Assembly: GCF_006345805.1 (NCBI RefSeq)
Contig: NW_021831285.1
Location: 1-64,000, forward strand
Length of the DNA stretch: 64,000 bases
Direction of reading: 5' to 3'
DNA from: Octopus sinensis
Taxonomy: Eukaryota
Part shown: positions 49,830-63,075 of the stretch, piece by piece
Layout: each line of letters opens with the position of its first letter
Numbering within the stretch: the first letter of the stretch is position 1
The notes under the pieces: generated by a model
What the model saw: the letters and a program-made list of their open reading frames with translations, nothing else
Told to the model about the DNA's origin: nothing
Database searches by the model: none
Made by a program: the position numbers and the translations under genes

Positions 49830-52800
49830 TATCTGATATAATTTTTGCTGCGCAGTGTGCATATATGGAACTTTCAAAAGGAACAAGAACAGGCTCTGAC
49901 TGGAAGGAGAAAATCCACAAGGAAGTATCCAACTTGCAGGCCAGATTAAATCTTGTCAATCTCTATGCGAAACAAGAATTACCTAATGCCGACAAGAAGG
50001 AGCTATTTGACACTCTCTGTGCGTATGGGTATAAGAAATCGAAAAAGGGGGAACTGGTGAGAATTAGATTGGCCATACAAGATATGATTCGAATAAAAGA
50101 AAAGAAGATATTGATGCATAAATCCAGGACCGAATTTCGAAAGGACAACTGGTGCTTCGAGTTGAATCGGAAAAGATTTTATAGGCAAGTATCAGGAGAT
50201 AAGATGCTCGCTGAGTTTGAGTTCAGTGACAATGATTGCTTGTCCTTCTCGAAGCAGGTCTGGTCCAAGAAGAACCCTCCTAAGCCAGCTGGGTTCGTGA
50301 ACAGGAGGGTCACCGGTATCGAGAGTGCACCCTCGGAGTTAACTGAGGAATTCATTAAACAGACAATTAAGTGGTCCAACGACTGGAAGACATGTGGATG
50401 CGATGGAGTGTATAATTTCTTCATCAAAAGATTTGACTCACTACATGGATACCTGTGTCGGGAAGTGAACAGAATAGTTAATAAGGAACACATCCCTGAA
50501 GACTGGTTCTATACGGGCGTCACTTACATGATTCCGAAAAAAGAAGTTTGTGAAAATCCCCGTGATTTGCGCCCAATAACGTGCATGCCTGCTCTCTATA
50601 AACTTGTGACAAAATGTGTAAACATCAAACTCTCTGATTATGTGGATGCGTTCGGCTTGGTCTCTGAAAATCAATTGGGAACGAGGAGACAATGTCAGGG
50701 TGCTAAGGAACAAGCCCTTATCAATCAGTGCATAAATCGAGAATATGGCAATAATCTCTGTGCATCATGGGTGGATGTTAAGAAAGCCTTCGATTCGGTG
50801 GATCACGAATTCCTGTTTTATGTGTTGGACTGCTCGGGAATTCCTTTATGGATAACCAACTTTATTAAAAGCCTGGTGGAGAGGTGGACAGTTTGCCTTC
50901 ATTTTGGGAAAAAGAGAATTGGGGCTGTTAAATTGAATTGTGGAATTCTACAGGGAGACGCCTTATCCCCGCAATTGTTCGTACTGGTAATGGATCCACT
51001 GAGCAGAATACTTAATTCCAAATTTCCCAAGCTGTGGATTGATCAGGAAGACCCCAGTATGCTGGTATACTCTACGAACCACCTATTTTTTGTTGACGAC
51101 TTAAAGATTCTTGCACAGAAAGAAGAAACTGTCATTAAAATGATGGATACTATTGTTGAGTACTTTGAAGTTGCGGGGCTTGAAATGAACTCTCAGAAGT
51201 CCGCGACTAATCTAGAATCATTGGAGGGCTGCAGAACTCTGGATGGAATCGAAGGCTATCGATACCTGGGAGTGCTTGAAGACCGGGGAAGCAATGTACA
51301 AAAACAAAAAGTGTTGGAGACAATCCTCGAGAATGTTAAAAAAAGAGTTACTGGATTAGCAAAGACAAAACTAAACTCAGCGAACCTCTTCAAAGCAATC
51401 AACGAGTATGCCCTGTCTTTATATAATTACTACATTGGGCTAATCAATATTGAACCTTTCGAATTCGACGATATTGATCTCGAAATACGAAGATTATTTA
51501 CAACACTGAAAATACACCTGAAGCCAGCCAATAAAGAGCGGCTATACCTCTCAAGAAAGTGCATGGGAAGGGGGTTGACATCAATTGCGTTTAAAAGTGA
51601 ACTAATGCTGCTTCATTTTCTGGAAACCTTGGAGAAGAAGTCGGCTATCTGTCCTAGGAGGTCGGGGATCCTGCGGGTTATTAAAAAAGAAAAACCGCAT
51701 ATGGCGACAATCGCAGGATTTCTTGCCTCTAAATACGGATTGACTGATAAACAATCTATCACTGACAAATCCCTGAGAGAGGCTCATGTACAATATTTGT
51801 CCAACAAAATAAAGAACAAGTCACTCCATTCAGTCCTGTTCAGGTTTAAAGAAGACTCTAACTCCGACCTCAAAATGTCTAGCGAGTGGCTGTACAAAGG
51901 GAACAATACACCAAGGAGTGAAGCTTTGTATTGCCTCTTGCAAGATAGAAATTTGTTTTTTTCTTCTGCGCGTGGTGCGCTGTGTGATCATTGCAAAAAA
52001 GCTAAGAAGACAGTAGACCACATGGCTACACGGTGCAACAGAATGCTAAACAGTGACTATGTGAGAAGGCACAATGAGGTTGTGAGATGCATCCATTTGC
52101 ACGTATGCAGACAGTTTGGAATAAAGAAAACTGGGAAACTAAAGTCTCACTCAGTACAATCTAGTTTATCGACTCGAAATGTTGAGATAAGAGTAGATAC
52201 GCCAATATTGACTGATACGCAAGTTCAGTTCAATAAGCCAGATATCTTTATCTATGACAGATTGAAGAATGAGATCACCATAATTGAGGTGGGGATTACA
52301 TCGCAGGAGAGACTCAAACAAACCGAAGTTGAGAAACTGCATAAATACGATTTGCTGGCTGGAGAACTAAAGATGCTTTACGGGGCCAGTCCGAATTATT
52401 CCGATTGTGCTGACGTGGGACGGGGTGGTTTCAACGTGTTACAAAGCCTATATGGAGAAGTTATCCGTTGAAGGCCCGACAAGAACGTACATTCAGGGAC
52501 TTGTCATGAAGAAGACATTGGAGGCAATTGTGGTGGAACATAGGCATGGAATCCATACGTCTCAAGAGGAATTCATTACGGCAACCAGTCAGTTGGCTGA
52601 AGTGGCAAATCAATCTTGCGAGGACCCTTCGGATGAAGCAAACGGGAAAATCTTGTGTTCGGAGAATGAAAGTGCTGATGGTGCGTTGGTGGAAAGCTCT
52701 CCCAAGAGGAGAAAAATTCCAGGAGACGAGGATCATTGAGCTAACGTGATTATGAAGACATTTTCCAACAAAACTTAGAATAACTTTTGAATTAATATTT

Positions 52801-53149
52801 TATTGCGATCTTTTTATATCCAAGTTCCCTTTCTCTGAAATCTAATGGTATTGTCTTCTTCGTGGCAAGATCAAGTCTCTTACTTTTAATAATTTAGATT
52901 TTAAGGTTAATTAATTTAATGAACTAGAAAGGCTGCTGCTGATTCTTTAATTTTAAGTATATTTTACTTTAGCTCATCAAATTTTGTCATTTCTAAGGAG
53001 CTACTTAAATTTAACTAACTTAACTAACTTTACTCAACAAGACTGAAAAATTTTATTATAGAGTGGAAAAGTTATAATAAAGATTAAACTGTATCTGAAA
53101 ATGATATGTGCTTTATTATCAGCAAAAATTAGGACGAACTAATCAAAAT

Positions 53150-53400
53150 TGATAACGTATTTATTATACCTCTACTGTAATACAACTCGGGAACGTGGAG
53201 TCTGAACGAAAAATGCATTGAAAACCTAAACACAGTTCACAAACGACAACTAAAATCCTTACTGGAGATGCTCTATCTGAATAAGAATCTATGGATCACA
53301 TATAAATATGAATGCTTGGGGACCATTATAAGTAATGCTCGATGGAAACTACTTGGAAATGAATTTTCTGCAGACGACATAATGAATTCGTACATCTAAA
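53150..53400 (+). mobile_element. RTE-like RT C-terminal remnant
   Basis: YNSGTWSLNE...HKRQLK and RWKL remnants. Confidence 0.6.
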
Positions 53401-53769
53401 ACACTGGCTGCTTTCGAAGCAGATCACGCACAACTCTGTCACTATTTATAAAAAATGAAATAAAAAATGTTATAATTTGACTAAAAAATGCTGAAGAATC
53501 GCAGTCTAAAGAAATTTTTAAAGCTGTCTAATAAAAAGAATCATTCGGAATCAGGGACAAATGGCGATAAACGTTTTTGTTGTCAAATTTCGTGGATAAT
53601 AATAAATATTAAAAAACCAATAAACCATGTTAGGGTGGATAATATTTGCATCAAAGTCGAAAAAATAGTATAATGGTTCATACGGATGATCTACAGATGA
53701 TACGGATGATGTACCTTATCTAAAAAGTTTGAGAACAAAATATGTATGACTAACTCAAATGTATAAATC

Positions 53770-54560
53770 AGTGATTCTCAAACTTTTTAATCAGGGGCCA
53801 CAAACACAAAAAATTTCCCCAATTTGAAGTCGCAATATATAATAAACTAGAGGAGTGGTCCTCAACCGCGGCCCGATGAATTTTATTTGCGGACCCTTAG
53901 CTACTTTTTTCAAATTAAATTTATATAGTGAATTCCAGTTAGCCATGTATTGTCTTGATATTGTTCATAACATTGTGGTTATTATTGAATATTTGTCTAC
54001 TATAAAATAATATTTCTTCAGCTTTACGATATAACCAGATCGCTGATCTAGCCTTTATGATAGATATAACCAAACATTTTTCAAAATTAAATTGTGCACT
54101 TGAAGATAGGAACAAGCTTTGTCACAAATTGTACAGAGAATTCTCTGCCTTCATTCCAAAGCTTCATCTTTGGAGAACTTAACTTTCATTTTTCAATACA
54201 ACACATTTTATTTCACATTCTGAGCATCATGAATCAATCAATACAGTTCATAATTGATGACTTTATTAACGAATGTTTTTAACGTTTTCATGAATTCAAA
54301 AATTATTTGCTTTTGTTGAAAATATTCTTAGCAGCCATTCATATTGATTCGGCCTTCGCTTCTGACGAATTTCAAATGGAACTGTTAAAATTGCATTCCG
54401 ATATAAACTTGATATCTGTATTTAATACGTGTATAATACTTGAATTTTGAAGTCAGATTCCATATAGGAAATATCCCAATTTAATCTGTAGTGGTAAAAA
54501 AATTTGTTCAGTATTTGCGTCAACATATGCTTGTGAAGACCAAAAATATTTAAAAAATCT
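53770..54560 (+). mobile_element. hAT ends and degraded hAT transposase C-terminus
   Basis: CAGTGATTCTCAAAC terminus; YPNL...SVFASTYACE remnant near 54470-54540. Confidence 0.55.
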
Positions 54561-54956
54561 TTGATTCTGATAATTTTAATTACAAAAATTATAAAAGTGT
54601 TATCTGAACCTTATAAAAGCTGGGTATCTTTTACAAAAATCGAAATTATTTAATTAATCCTAATATTATTTTTTTTGCTTTTTTTAGTGTGTCTTAGAAA
54701 ACCAAAACAAATTCAAACCTAATGAGACTTTTGGAGCCAACAAAAAAAATGAATTGCCGTCAGAGGAGATTTTTCAAATTTCAGAAAAAACTACTTTTGT
54801 TGATCTTTAAAAAATAGACGTCTATAATAACCGATGTGAGAATTACTACAGTTGGCCAAAAATTATATGTTTATTATTTTCTTACCAGCTTATATGAATA
54901 AATGAATTAGTTAATAAGATTAGTAAATTAGATGTGGAATTAGTTAATAAATAAGA

Positions 54957-56408
54957 TTAGTAAAAGTATTTTCTCAACGCAAATGCCTCAACTGACATTT
55001 GTTCTGCACTGTGGACGATTCGCTGAGCGTCATTCTGAAGCTATGACCAGTAAAACGACCAAATCTTACCATGTCATACAACTTGTCATTTTCTTCCAAA
55101 TCCTTATGATGACGTGGAATGAGATGTACATGGAAATGCTACATTTATAAAAACATGTCACATTTATTGTCTGCCCAGCATCTGGACCATCCTGTACCAC
55201 GATTGAACATGAAGTCGTAGAAAAATGTTTTTCTAAAACTTTTTCAATTTGTTGGATTGTATAATTCAAATCTACCAATTCGTCAAAACTGAGTTCTTCG
55301 TTACGAATCACTCCATGTCTCAGGGTACTCACCAAAACGTCTACGTCTGATCAGATATTCATACGGCCAGGAAGAACAGGGGAAATATTTACAAATCCAA
55401 TCGAGAACCGAGTAAGCAAAAAAATTTGGTTTGCGTTTATGGAAGCTTTTCCGAACTGGAAAACAAAATCATCGTAGATTTCTCTTAAATTCCAACAGAA
55501 ATTATTCGGGTAAAAATTTTGTAGACGATGTGTTTCAAAGCAAGGGAGTCGTTCCCTGACCCTGCGGACCAAATCCAAGTCAATGTCCGCCACAATAAAC
55601 CCCTCTTCCTCTCCGCACTGGGCCACAACCTCTCCCCAAGGATCAACAACCTGGTATTCACTATTTGTCAGTATACCATTGTGTGGCCATATGACCTTCT
55701 TTGGGGATTGTGGTACCCTGTTTGGGCTGCGGCCACGACATAGCACTGATTCTCGATTGCTCGACTACGAATAAGGGTCTGTTCAGTCAAAATAAAACCA
55801 AACCGACCAATGAGCTTGTCCCGTCTCATAAGTAAAGGCAGAAGGATAAGCCAACACGTGTGCTCCTTGTTTTCTCAACATTAGAGCAAATTCTGGAAAA
55901 CGTAGATCAAAGCACTAAGCAATGTTTTAAAACGTTTTTTTACTATTTGAAGTCCTAACAAACCCGCGGGAGTTTCCACGGGCGATACGAGTGTATTCCC
56001 ACCATCAATGACTTCACTTTCTTGATATTTCCCAGGCATATCAAAAAGATTAATTTTTTGGTATGTTTCCACTATTTTCCCGTCTGAATCAATTATGAGA
56101 TGCGTGTTTTTTAATCTTGGGGATATCAAATTTCCAACATGAAATTTTGTATGAAAACCGCCCAATGAAAACCACATTTTTGATTCTTTAGCCAAAGAAC
56201 AGATTTGGGTGATGACTCGTCCGGTAATCAGGTCTGCTTGACTGTAAGATTCTTCGACTGACGACTCAACGAAATCAAAGCATTCGGGGAGAAATGCCAT
56301 TTTTGCACCGGCATTTTGAGCCTGTTTTGCAAGATGAGTAATTTTTGAGATATTTTGATCGATATTGCTTGTGCATTGAAGCTGTATGGCCGCTATTCGA
56401 GTCAACAT
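54957..56408 (-). CDS. NitFhit: NitFhit fusion protein (Nit1 nitrilase + FHIT); 7 exons, ~431 aa
   Basis: Six introns (29,25,26,24,23,29 nt) give a 1296-nt in-frame CDS; E-K-C triad ([22 protein letters not shown]); FHIT motifs [32 protein letters not shown]. Confidence 0.93.
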
Positions 56409-58329
56409 GATGTAAAATGTGTTATTGTCAGAAATATTTTGACTTAAAATTTATTTAAGTTATTATAATAAATTTATCAAATTAAATTTATGAAAAATTA
56501 AAAATATAATTTTAAAAGAATTTTTGCTGGAAAGCTCCTTTGGCATCTCATAAAGCAGTCGTTATTAAAATGGGCTACCCGTAACATAAGGGTACGCGAG
56601 ATTCAGTAGAGGTACCTAAAAAAATTTTTAAATCTATTTGATTGTCGGGTCAACATAAAAAATATTCGACAAATAGATGATTCATTCAATTTTGACATTA
56701 ATTTTTTCTATTGTTAAAAATCTTTTACATGATTCATACCAACTAGCAAAGACACAAAACCGCATAAAATTGACGAGAATTTTATTAGACTGTGATTTAA
56801 GAACATTTTTGAATGTTTCCCGGCTATAAATTTGAAAATTTTGTTAGAAAAATTAAATGTTCAAATGATAAAATTAATATAAAAATAAAGGATCTATCCA
56901 AAAACATCAAAAAACAACTGCATTGAATGCATTTTCCAAATATCCACAAAAACTACTCAATTAAAATGGTTTTTAAGGCGTGGTTCTTGCACACCTATTA
57001 GCAAAGGCCAGTGCAAATAGTCGATCAAGTCATCAAAAAAGATACCCTAACGTCGTAACATTTGGCTGAGAGTAGTAAAACTTGGACTGACCTCGGTTTT
57101 TGAGGTAAAAATAGTCGTCTCACTGCATCTTAAACACGGGGAATAAAGCACGTTTGAATTAATAACAGGTTTTTTAGGACACTCTGAAATATGGAGAACC
57201 GTTTCTGATCGACATAGTGAGAAGTAAAGTCAGACTCTCCCTAAAATACCAATTCCATTTTCTGTCCTCCCCACATAAACTCTAAGTAACGATAGTTGAA
57301 ATGGAGAGAGCAGACGTGGTGGTTTTGCTTGAAATGAATGTCAACAAATTTAAAGGAATGAACTATCGCACTGATTCCTGTCACAAAGAACTGACTGTCG
57401 TCCTCGCTAACATCGGAGTGCCTACTATTCTTAATCTACAGTTTTTTTATTGTAGTTTCATGGAAGCTAATGCCTCAGAAGACAACTTTCCCACCATTAT
57501 TGACACACAGACTCCACATTGTTCAATCATTCTCCCGTCCTTTAGTGACAGGTTTGTCTTTTCTCCTTATTTCGATTTTCTAAACCAGTGGTTCTCGAAC
57601 TTTTTTGCCTTGCGTACTCATGCCATCTAAATAATTTTTCGCTTACCCCTTATCGATTTTTAAAAAATTAAGGAAAAAAATTATTTAATTAATGAGATGG
57701 ATGGTGTTGTTTATCAACCACTAATCTATCGATTTTCTGATCCTTTGACGAAAGACACACTTGAATATCATGAACAACATTCAGTCTCACAACTGTTTTA
57801 AAACTAAACAGCGATAAAAATTCTTGTTTGCAGAGATATGTAGTATGAAACAAAAAAATCGATTATATGAAATCCAATTTGGTAATATTTTGATATCATT
57901 TGGCAAAGGGGAGAAAAGAGAAACTGTGATTCTTCAGTACAATTTTCTTTTCAACAGCTTTATCAGTTTATTAAAAATTAGAATTTTCCATCATCAGCCT
58001 TCGATTATTCTTAAGTGCTGCAATTAAAAAGTTGGGAAATTCAAAAAAAGTAAATAATAGCACCGAACACGGAAGTTATGCGATTACAGCCTGTTCTAGT
58101 ATTTCGCTTGCTGGAAACAAACATTGTCGTGCGATATCTTTTTTTATTTTTCAAATATAATTGTATTGTATAAACAACATTTATAAGTTATGTTAGTAAT
58201 TTAAAACATATCATTACATGATGCATCGTTATGCTCTTCTAGTAAAGATTATGCATCTTGAACTTGAAAAATTTTTTGACACAGTTATTGACAATGTCTC
58301 TTTGGGGATTCAGAGGATTTTATTTGAAG

Positions 58330-58570
58330 AAAATGTTGTCTGTCGCCTTCTTCAAAAAATGCGCGCAAGTATATAGGAACACGCCTTTGAATTCGACTGT
58401 ACAGCGCATTTTTCAAATCAATCTTGCTTTAAACGCAGGGACCTGGAGTCTAACCGCCAAAGAATTGGAACAACTTATTTTTTTCCACAGAAAACAATTA
58501 AGACTACTAGGTATTCTCTGGCCGAAAGAGATGAGAAACGAAGAACTCTACAGAATTACTCGTTGTTGTT
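58330..58570 (+). mobile_element. RTE-like RT remnant
   Basis: NAGTWSLTAKE...FHRKQLR...NEELYR. Confidence 0.6.
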
Positions 58571-58795
58571 GATAAACAATATCAATTATCTCATTAATGG
58601 AATAATTTTTTCCTTAATTTTTTTAAAAAATTGATATGGGGTATTCAAAAAATTATTTAAATGCTAATGGACAAGCGAGGCAATAGCGCATTCTCATTCT
58701 CCAATATAGAGATCACTGAGATCAAAGTGCAAGATGGGGTAGTTTTATAGCAAACTTTGTAGTTTGGTAGACCTATGTCCTATCATTAAGTACGG

Positions 58796-60497
58796 CAGGG
58801 GTGGCCAACCGGTCGATCGCAATCGACTGGTCGATCGCGGCATGTTTCGTGGTCGATCGCTCGATATATAAATTGCTAATTATTTTTTTTGTATTTAAAT
58901 TATTATAAAAAAAATATTTATCAATATTAAAGTAAGTATTTTTCACGTGTCTTGTTATGAGGTGTAACAAAAAGTCCAAATCATATAAATTTAATGCCAA
59001 ATGGGAAAAAGACTATATTTTTACGATGCACATGGAAAAATGCACATGTATGCTATGCAATAAAATCATTTCATTACCAAAAAGGGGAAATCTTTGTCGG
59101 CATTTTAATTCTTTACATCCCGAGTTCAACAAACACTTTCCTTTAAATTCCTTATTACGGGAAGAGAAAGTTGAACAATTAAAAAAATCTTTTTTTTCAC
59201 AACATACAATTTTGAAAAAGTTTATTAATTCGTCCAGATCTGCAACAATTGCATCATTGCGAGTGACTCGTCTCCTCGTAAAACACAAAAAACCTTTCAC
59301 TGATGGGGAAATTTTAAAATCTTGTTTTTTGGAAGCTGCCGATTCACTATTTGATGGTATGAAAAATAAACAGGAAATTTCAAATTGCATCAAAGAGCTT
59401 CAGCTCTCAAAACAGTCAATTGTCAGAAGGGCTAAATTTCAACTATGTTATGGAGACAACAGTTAAAATTATTAATTTCATCCGAGCCAAGCCCCTACAA
59501 AGAAGATTATTTCAACTTTTTCTAGAACAAGTCGATGCAATCTATGGCGATCTACCTTTACATTGTGACATAAGATGGTTAAGCAAGGGATTAATTCTCA
59601 GTCGTTTCAGAGAATTATTATCATACATTAAAGAATTTTCTAAAGAAAACAACAAGAATTGGCATTTTCTTGAAAATCCTGATTGGCTAATAAACTTGGC
59701 ATTTTTAACCGATATTACCAGCAAACTGAATGAACTCAATTTAGAATTACAGGGAAAGAATAGATATATTATCGATATGATCAGTTCAATAAATGCTTTC
59801 ATAATGAAGTTGGAATTATGGATATCTCAAATCAGAAAAGAAAATTTTACCCATTTTCCTAACATTGAAGATGAATTCACAAAACAACTTGTGAATAAAA
59901 ATCATTATGTCAATGAATTTGCTATGGTACTAGAAAAAATAATGAACGAGTTTAATAACAGATTTAGCGATTTCAAGAAAATTACTATATTATGCAGTTT
60001 CTTTGTTTCTCCGTTCATGGATGTAGACATCGAAAATATTTCAGAAGAATTTAGCAAGATTTTTGACGTTGATCGAAGAAAAAGTCAAATAGAAATTATA
60101 AATCTAAAAAATGACATCACTTTAAAATTACATTCAAATGTCAACATGTGGAAATTTATGTCTCAGGAAAAATATCCAATTTTGATTGATTCGTATCAAC
60201 GAATTCTTTCATGCTTTGGAAGCACATATTTATCCGAAACATCATTTTCAAGTATGAAAATGATAAAATCTCAATACAGGACACGTTTAACGGATGACCA
60301 TCTTGGGGATTGCATGAGAATAGCAATAAGCTTATACGAGCCAGAATTTGAAATAATCGCAAGTGAATTACAATGCCAAAAATCGCATTAATTTTTAATT
60401 GTAAAATAAAATTTTTGATATTAAAATATATAAGTCGATCTCCAAAAAATCGCAAAATGAAAAGTAGCTCGCCGGTGAAAAAGGTTGGCCACCCCTG
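58796..60497 (+). mobile_element. hAT (SPIN/GTF2IRD2-like) element, internally deleted and non-autonomous
   Basis: Perfect 15-bp TIRs CAGGGGTGGCCAACC; perfect 8-bp TSD AAGTACGG; transposase split at ~59430 with the DES...TDGA catalytic region missing. Confidence 0.95.
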
Positions 60498-60599
60498 AAG
60501 TACGGATTGTAGATTTTTTAATGGATTTACTTTATTTAAAAATCCAAATGCCCAATTTAATTAAAAATAGCATCGCCGGCGAACGAATTGATTTATAAT

Positions 60600-61300
60600 T
60601 GCCCCAAAGGATGGAAAACGAAATTTTTTGGAATAACGAGCTCGAGGCTGTCAAAGTTGTTAGCAAATATCTGTGTCCTGATCTCCGAAAGGATTACAGA
60701 TGCACGCATGTTAATAACACCGCTGACCTCAAAGGCGAAGGGGGGAAAAGAGAAAGACTCTAAAAGGGAAGTATATTTTTTGATCTATAGATCTTTTGCC
60801 ATGGAAGAGTTTTCTGAAGTCACAGATCGCGTCCCATACAATTAACTTTCCGGACATAAAGAGGAAGATAAATATCCCTACGGTTGAGCCAAAAAGGTTC
60901 GAGTACAAAGGAAATCCGGCCATATCTAGTTTTTTGTTCACGATGTCATTGAGCCACGCATGCTGTGAAAACTTAGGCACTACGTTTGCACCAGAAAGCA
61001 TAAAAATCATATTGGTAGACTGTCTTGCTAGAACTATGGGGCTGGCATATTTCCAATCCGAGCTTCAGATAGACTCCGTTTTTAAGTCCGGGAGTGCTAA
61101 AAGGCGACCTCTTTAACCTGTCATCGGAATACTGTTCACGGAGCTTATTCAGGCTTGGAATACATTTTCTCGTAGACACTTCACAAATCTCTTTGCACAT
61201 CATACCGCCCCAGTTCCTCTAAACGCATTGGTCCACAGGAAACACAAGCCCGGAAAAAGACTAGATATTGGCAGGTTCAAGAACTTACCCAACCCAGACT
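60600..61300 (-). mobile_element. Highly degraded CRE fragment
   Basis: QHAWLNDIV...AGFP and LIVWDAIC remnants. Confidence 0.65.
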
Positions 61301-61879
61301 GTTCAGAGCACTGTGAGAAAATGGAAATTAAAAATTATAAAATGACAGTTAAAATATGTAATCGTTATTTTTATATTTTATTTTGTTTTTTAAATAAATT
61401 AGGATAATCTGTTTATGGTTGTAGTGTACTGTAATATATTTTTAGTTTCCCTTTATTAGTTTTTTTGGTTTTGTAAAGTTACTACTCCTAACAGTTTGTA
61501 CATCTACTTTTCTGAAAAGTTACTTTCCAGTATTTTTTGACAGAACTTGTCCAGGGTTTGGATAATCACATGTTTATTTGTAGATACCGGAAGACATTGT
61601 GGAAAATATCTAGAATTGGTTATTACATGTTTTATCATTTCCAGGCGAGCGTTTGAGTCCTTATATTTCTTTATTTTGCGTAGGAGTTTCTTTATTTGCG
61701 TTATTTAAATAAACTATATTCATTTTTTTAATTTGATTCTAATTTTATGATTTACAAATAAATTTTAATACATTTATTCTATATTTCCGTTTGAAATGAA
61801 TTGACTGGTGAATTTGTTGGTGCACAAATGAAAAAGGAAGTGGCTAATATAAGCAAATGAAATGACAATTAGCCCTTCC

Positions 61880-62520
61880 ACGAGCTATCTACTTTACATA
61901 AGTGGAGATTGGAACGCGAAGATCGGAAAATGAACCAAAGAACTGAGCTTCATGGGTACCCATGGGAGAGGTTGGAGGAACATGTCTGGGGCAACTATCG
62001 CCAACTTTGTGATCAATAAACAATTATTCATTTGCAACACAACATTCCAACACGCTGGAAGGCATATCACGACATGGACTAAAGAGCGCAGAAACTCAAT
62101 CAAAATATATAACCAAATTGACTACATTCTGTGCCGACAATCACAGAAAGCTTACTCTATGACGCCAGAACATATGGAGGAACGCTAACATCGAGTGACC
62201 ATAAACTATTGGTAATCAAACTTCTCCTAAAAAGAAGATTTTTGATTAACAGAGTCAAAAACAGACACAGAGAAGCCAGATTTGCAGTCGAACTTTTAAA
62301 AAACAATCCTATCTACAGAAATAACTACTCAGCTAAAATATCACAAACCATAGAATCGATTAATTTCAATTTACCTGCTGGAAGTTTATGGAATAAACTC
62401 GCAAACAAAATAAAATTAGTGGCTAAACATACGATTGGGACAATTCAAAAAACCTTCATAGGAATACATGACCCGCATATAGATTACCTTTCTCATTTAT
62501 AAAAGGATCTACGTATCAAA
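61880..62520 (+). mobile_element. RTE-like APE endonuclease fragment
   Basis: ICNTTFQH...TTW...YNQIDYIL...DARTYGG...SDH; ends at a CACCCCTCGAC Tc1-type terminus (62523). Confidence 0.85.
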
Positions 62521-63075
62521 TACACCCCTCGACAAAAAATTTGGTTATTTAATCTTTCCTGCTTTTTTTCATTTAAAAACGAATAAATTCATACTTTAAG
62601 ATCCTTTAGATCTTCTAAAATAATATTTATTTTGTATTTATAATTAAAATAGATTTAAATTTTAATATTGCAAGAAATTTAAAGCATGTCGGCAATTAGG
62701 TTAGTGACAAAAATTGGTTATAAAATTTAAACCGTCAAATTATGCTAGTATTTAGAGCAGAGGTTTTCAAACACTGCGCCGCGGCACATTTTTGTGCCGC
62801 GGGACGATATAAAATGCGCCGCATGAAGATCTATATTTACTTATTTTTTTAATTTTTAACTTAAAAATTATTTATTATGAAACAATTATAATAAATTATA
62901 ATCGTGCTGTGTTTTCTTTAGTTTTGTTCATATTTTTTGTTTTATAGTCAATTTTCTCTATTATTTTTAATTAATCTGTTTTATTAAAAGTCATACTACC
63001 TGAGGATTAAATCATCTCTAGAGTTCGCAATTAATCTATTCTATCTTTAATTCTAAATTCTGCTTTTGTATATAA

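Larger units (their letters stand above)
47313..52802 (+). mobile_element. Full-length R4/NeSL-like RLE retrotransposon interrupted by a Helitron
   Basis: 12-bp TSD TTGCGATCTTTT at 47301-47312 and 52803-52814; RT (QGDALSP, FVDD), C..C...H...C knuckle and KPD...EVG...K RLE; frameshift near 52390. Confidence 0.92.

Noticed and set aside
19821-56408. Non-standard genetic code explaining the fragmented ORFs
   Set aside because: All in-frame stops in the three full gene models fall in removable GT-AG mini-introns, and spliced lengths are multiples of three.
56950-57580. Possible WD40-like gene remnant on the minus strand
   Set aside because: Only vague fragments (HSDV...FFVTG, MWSL) with stops; no consistent spliced model could be built.
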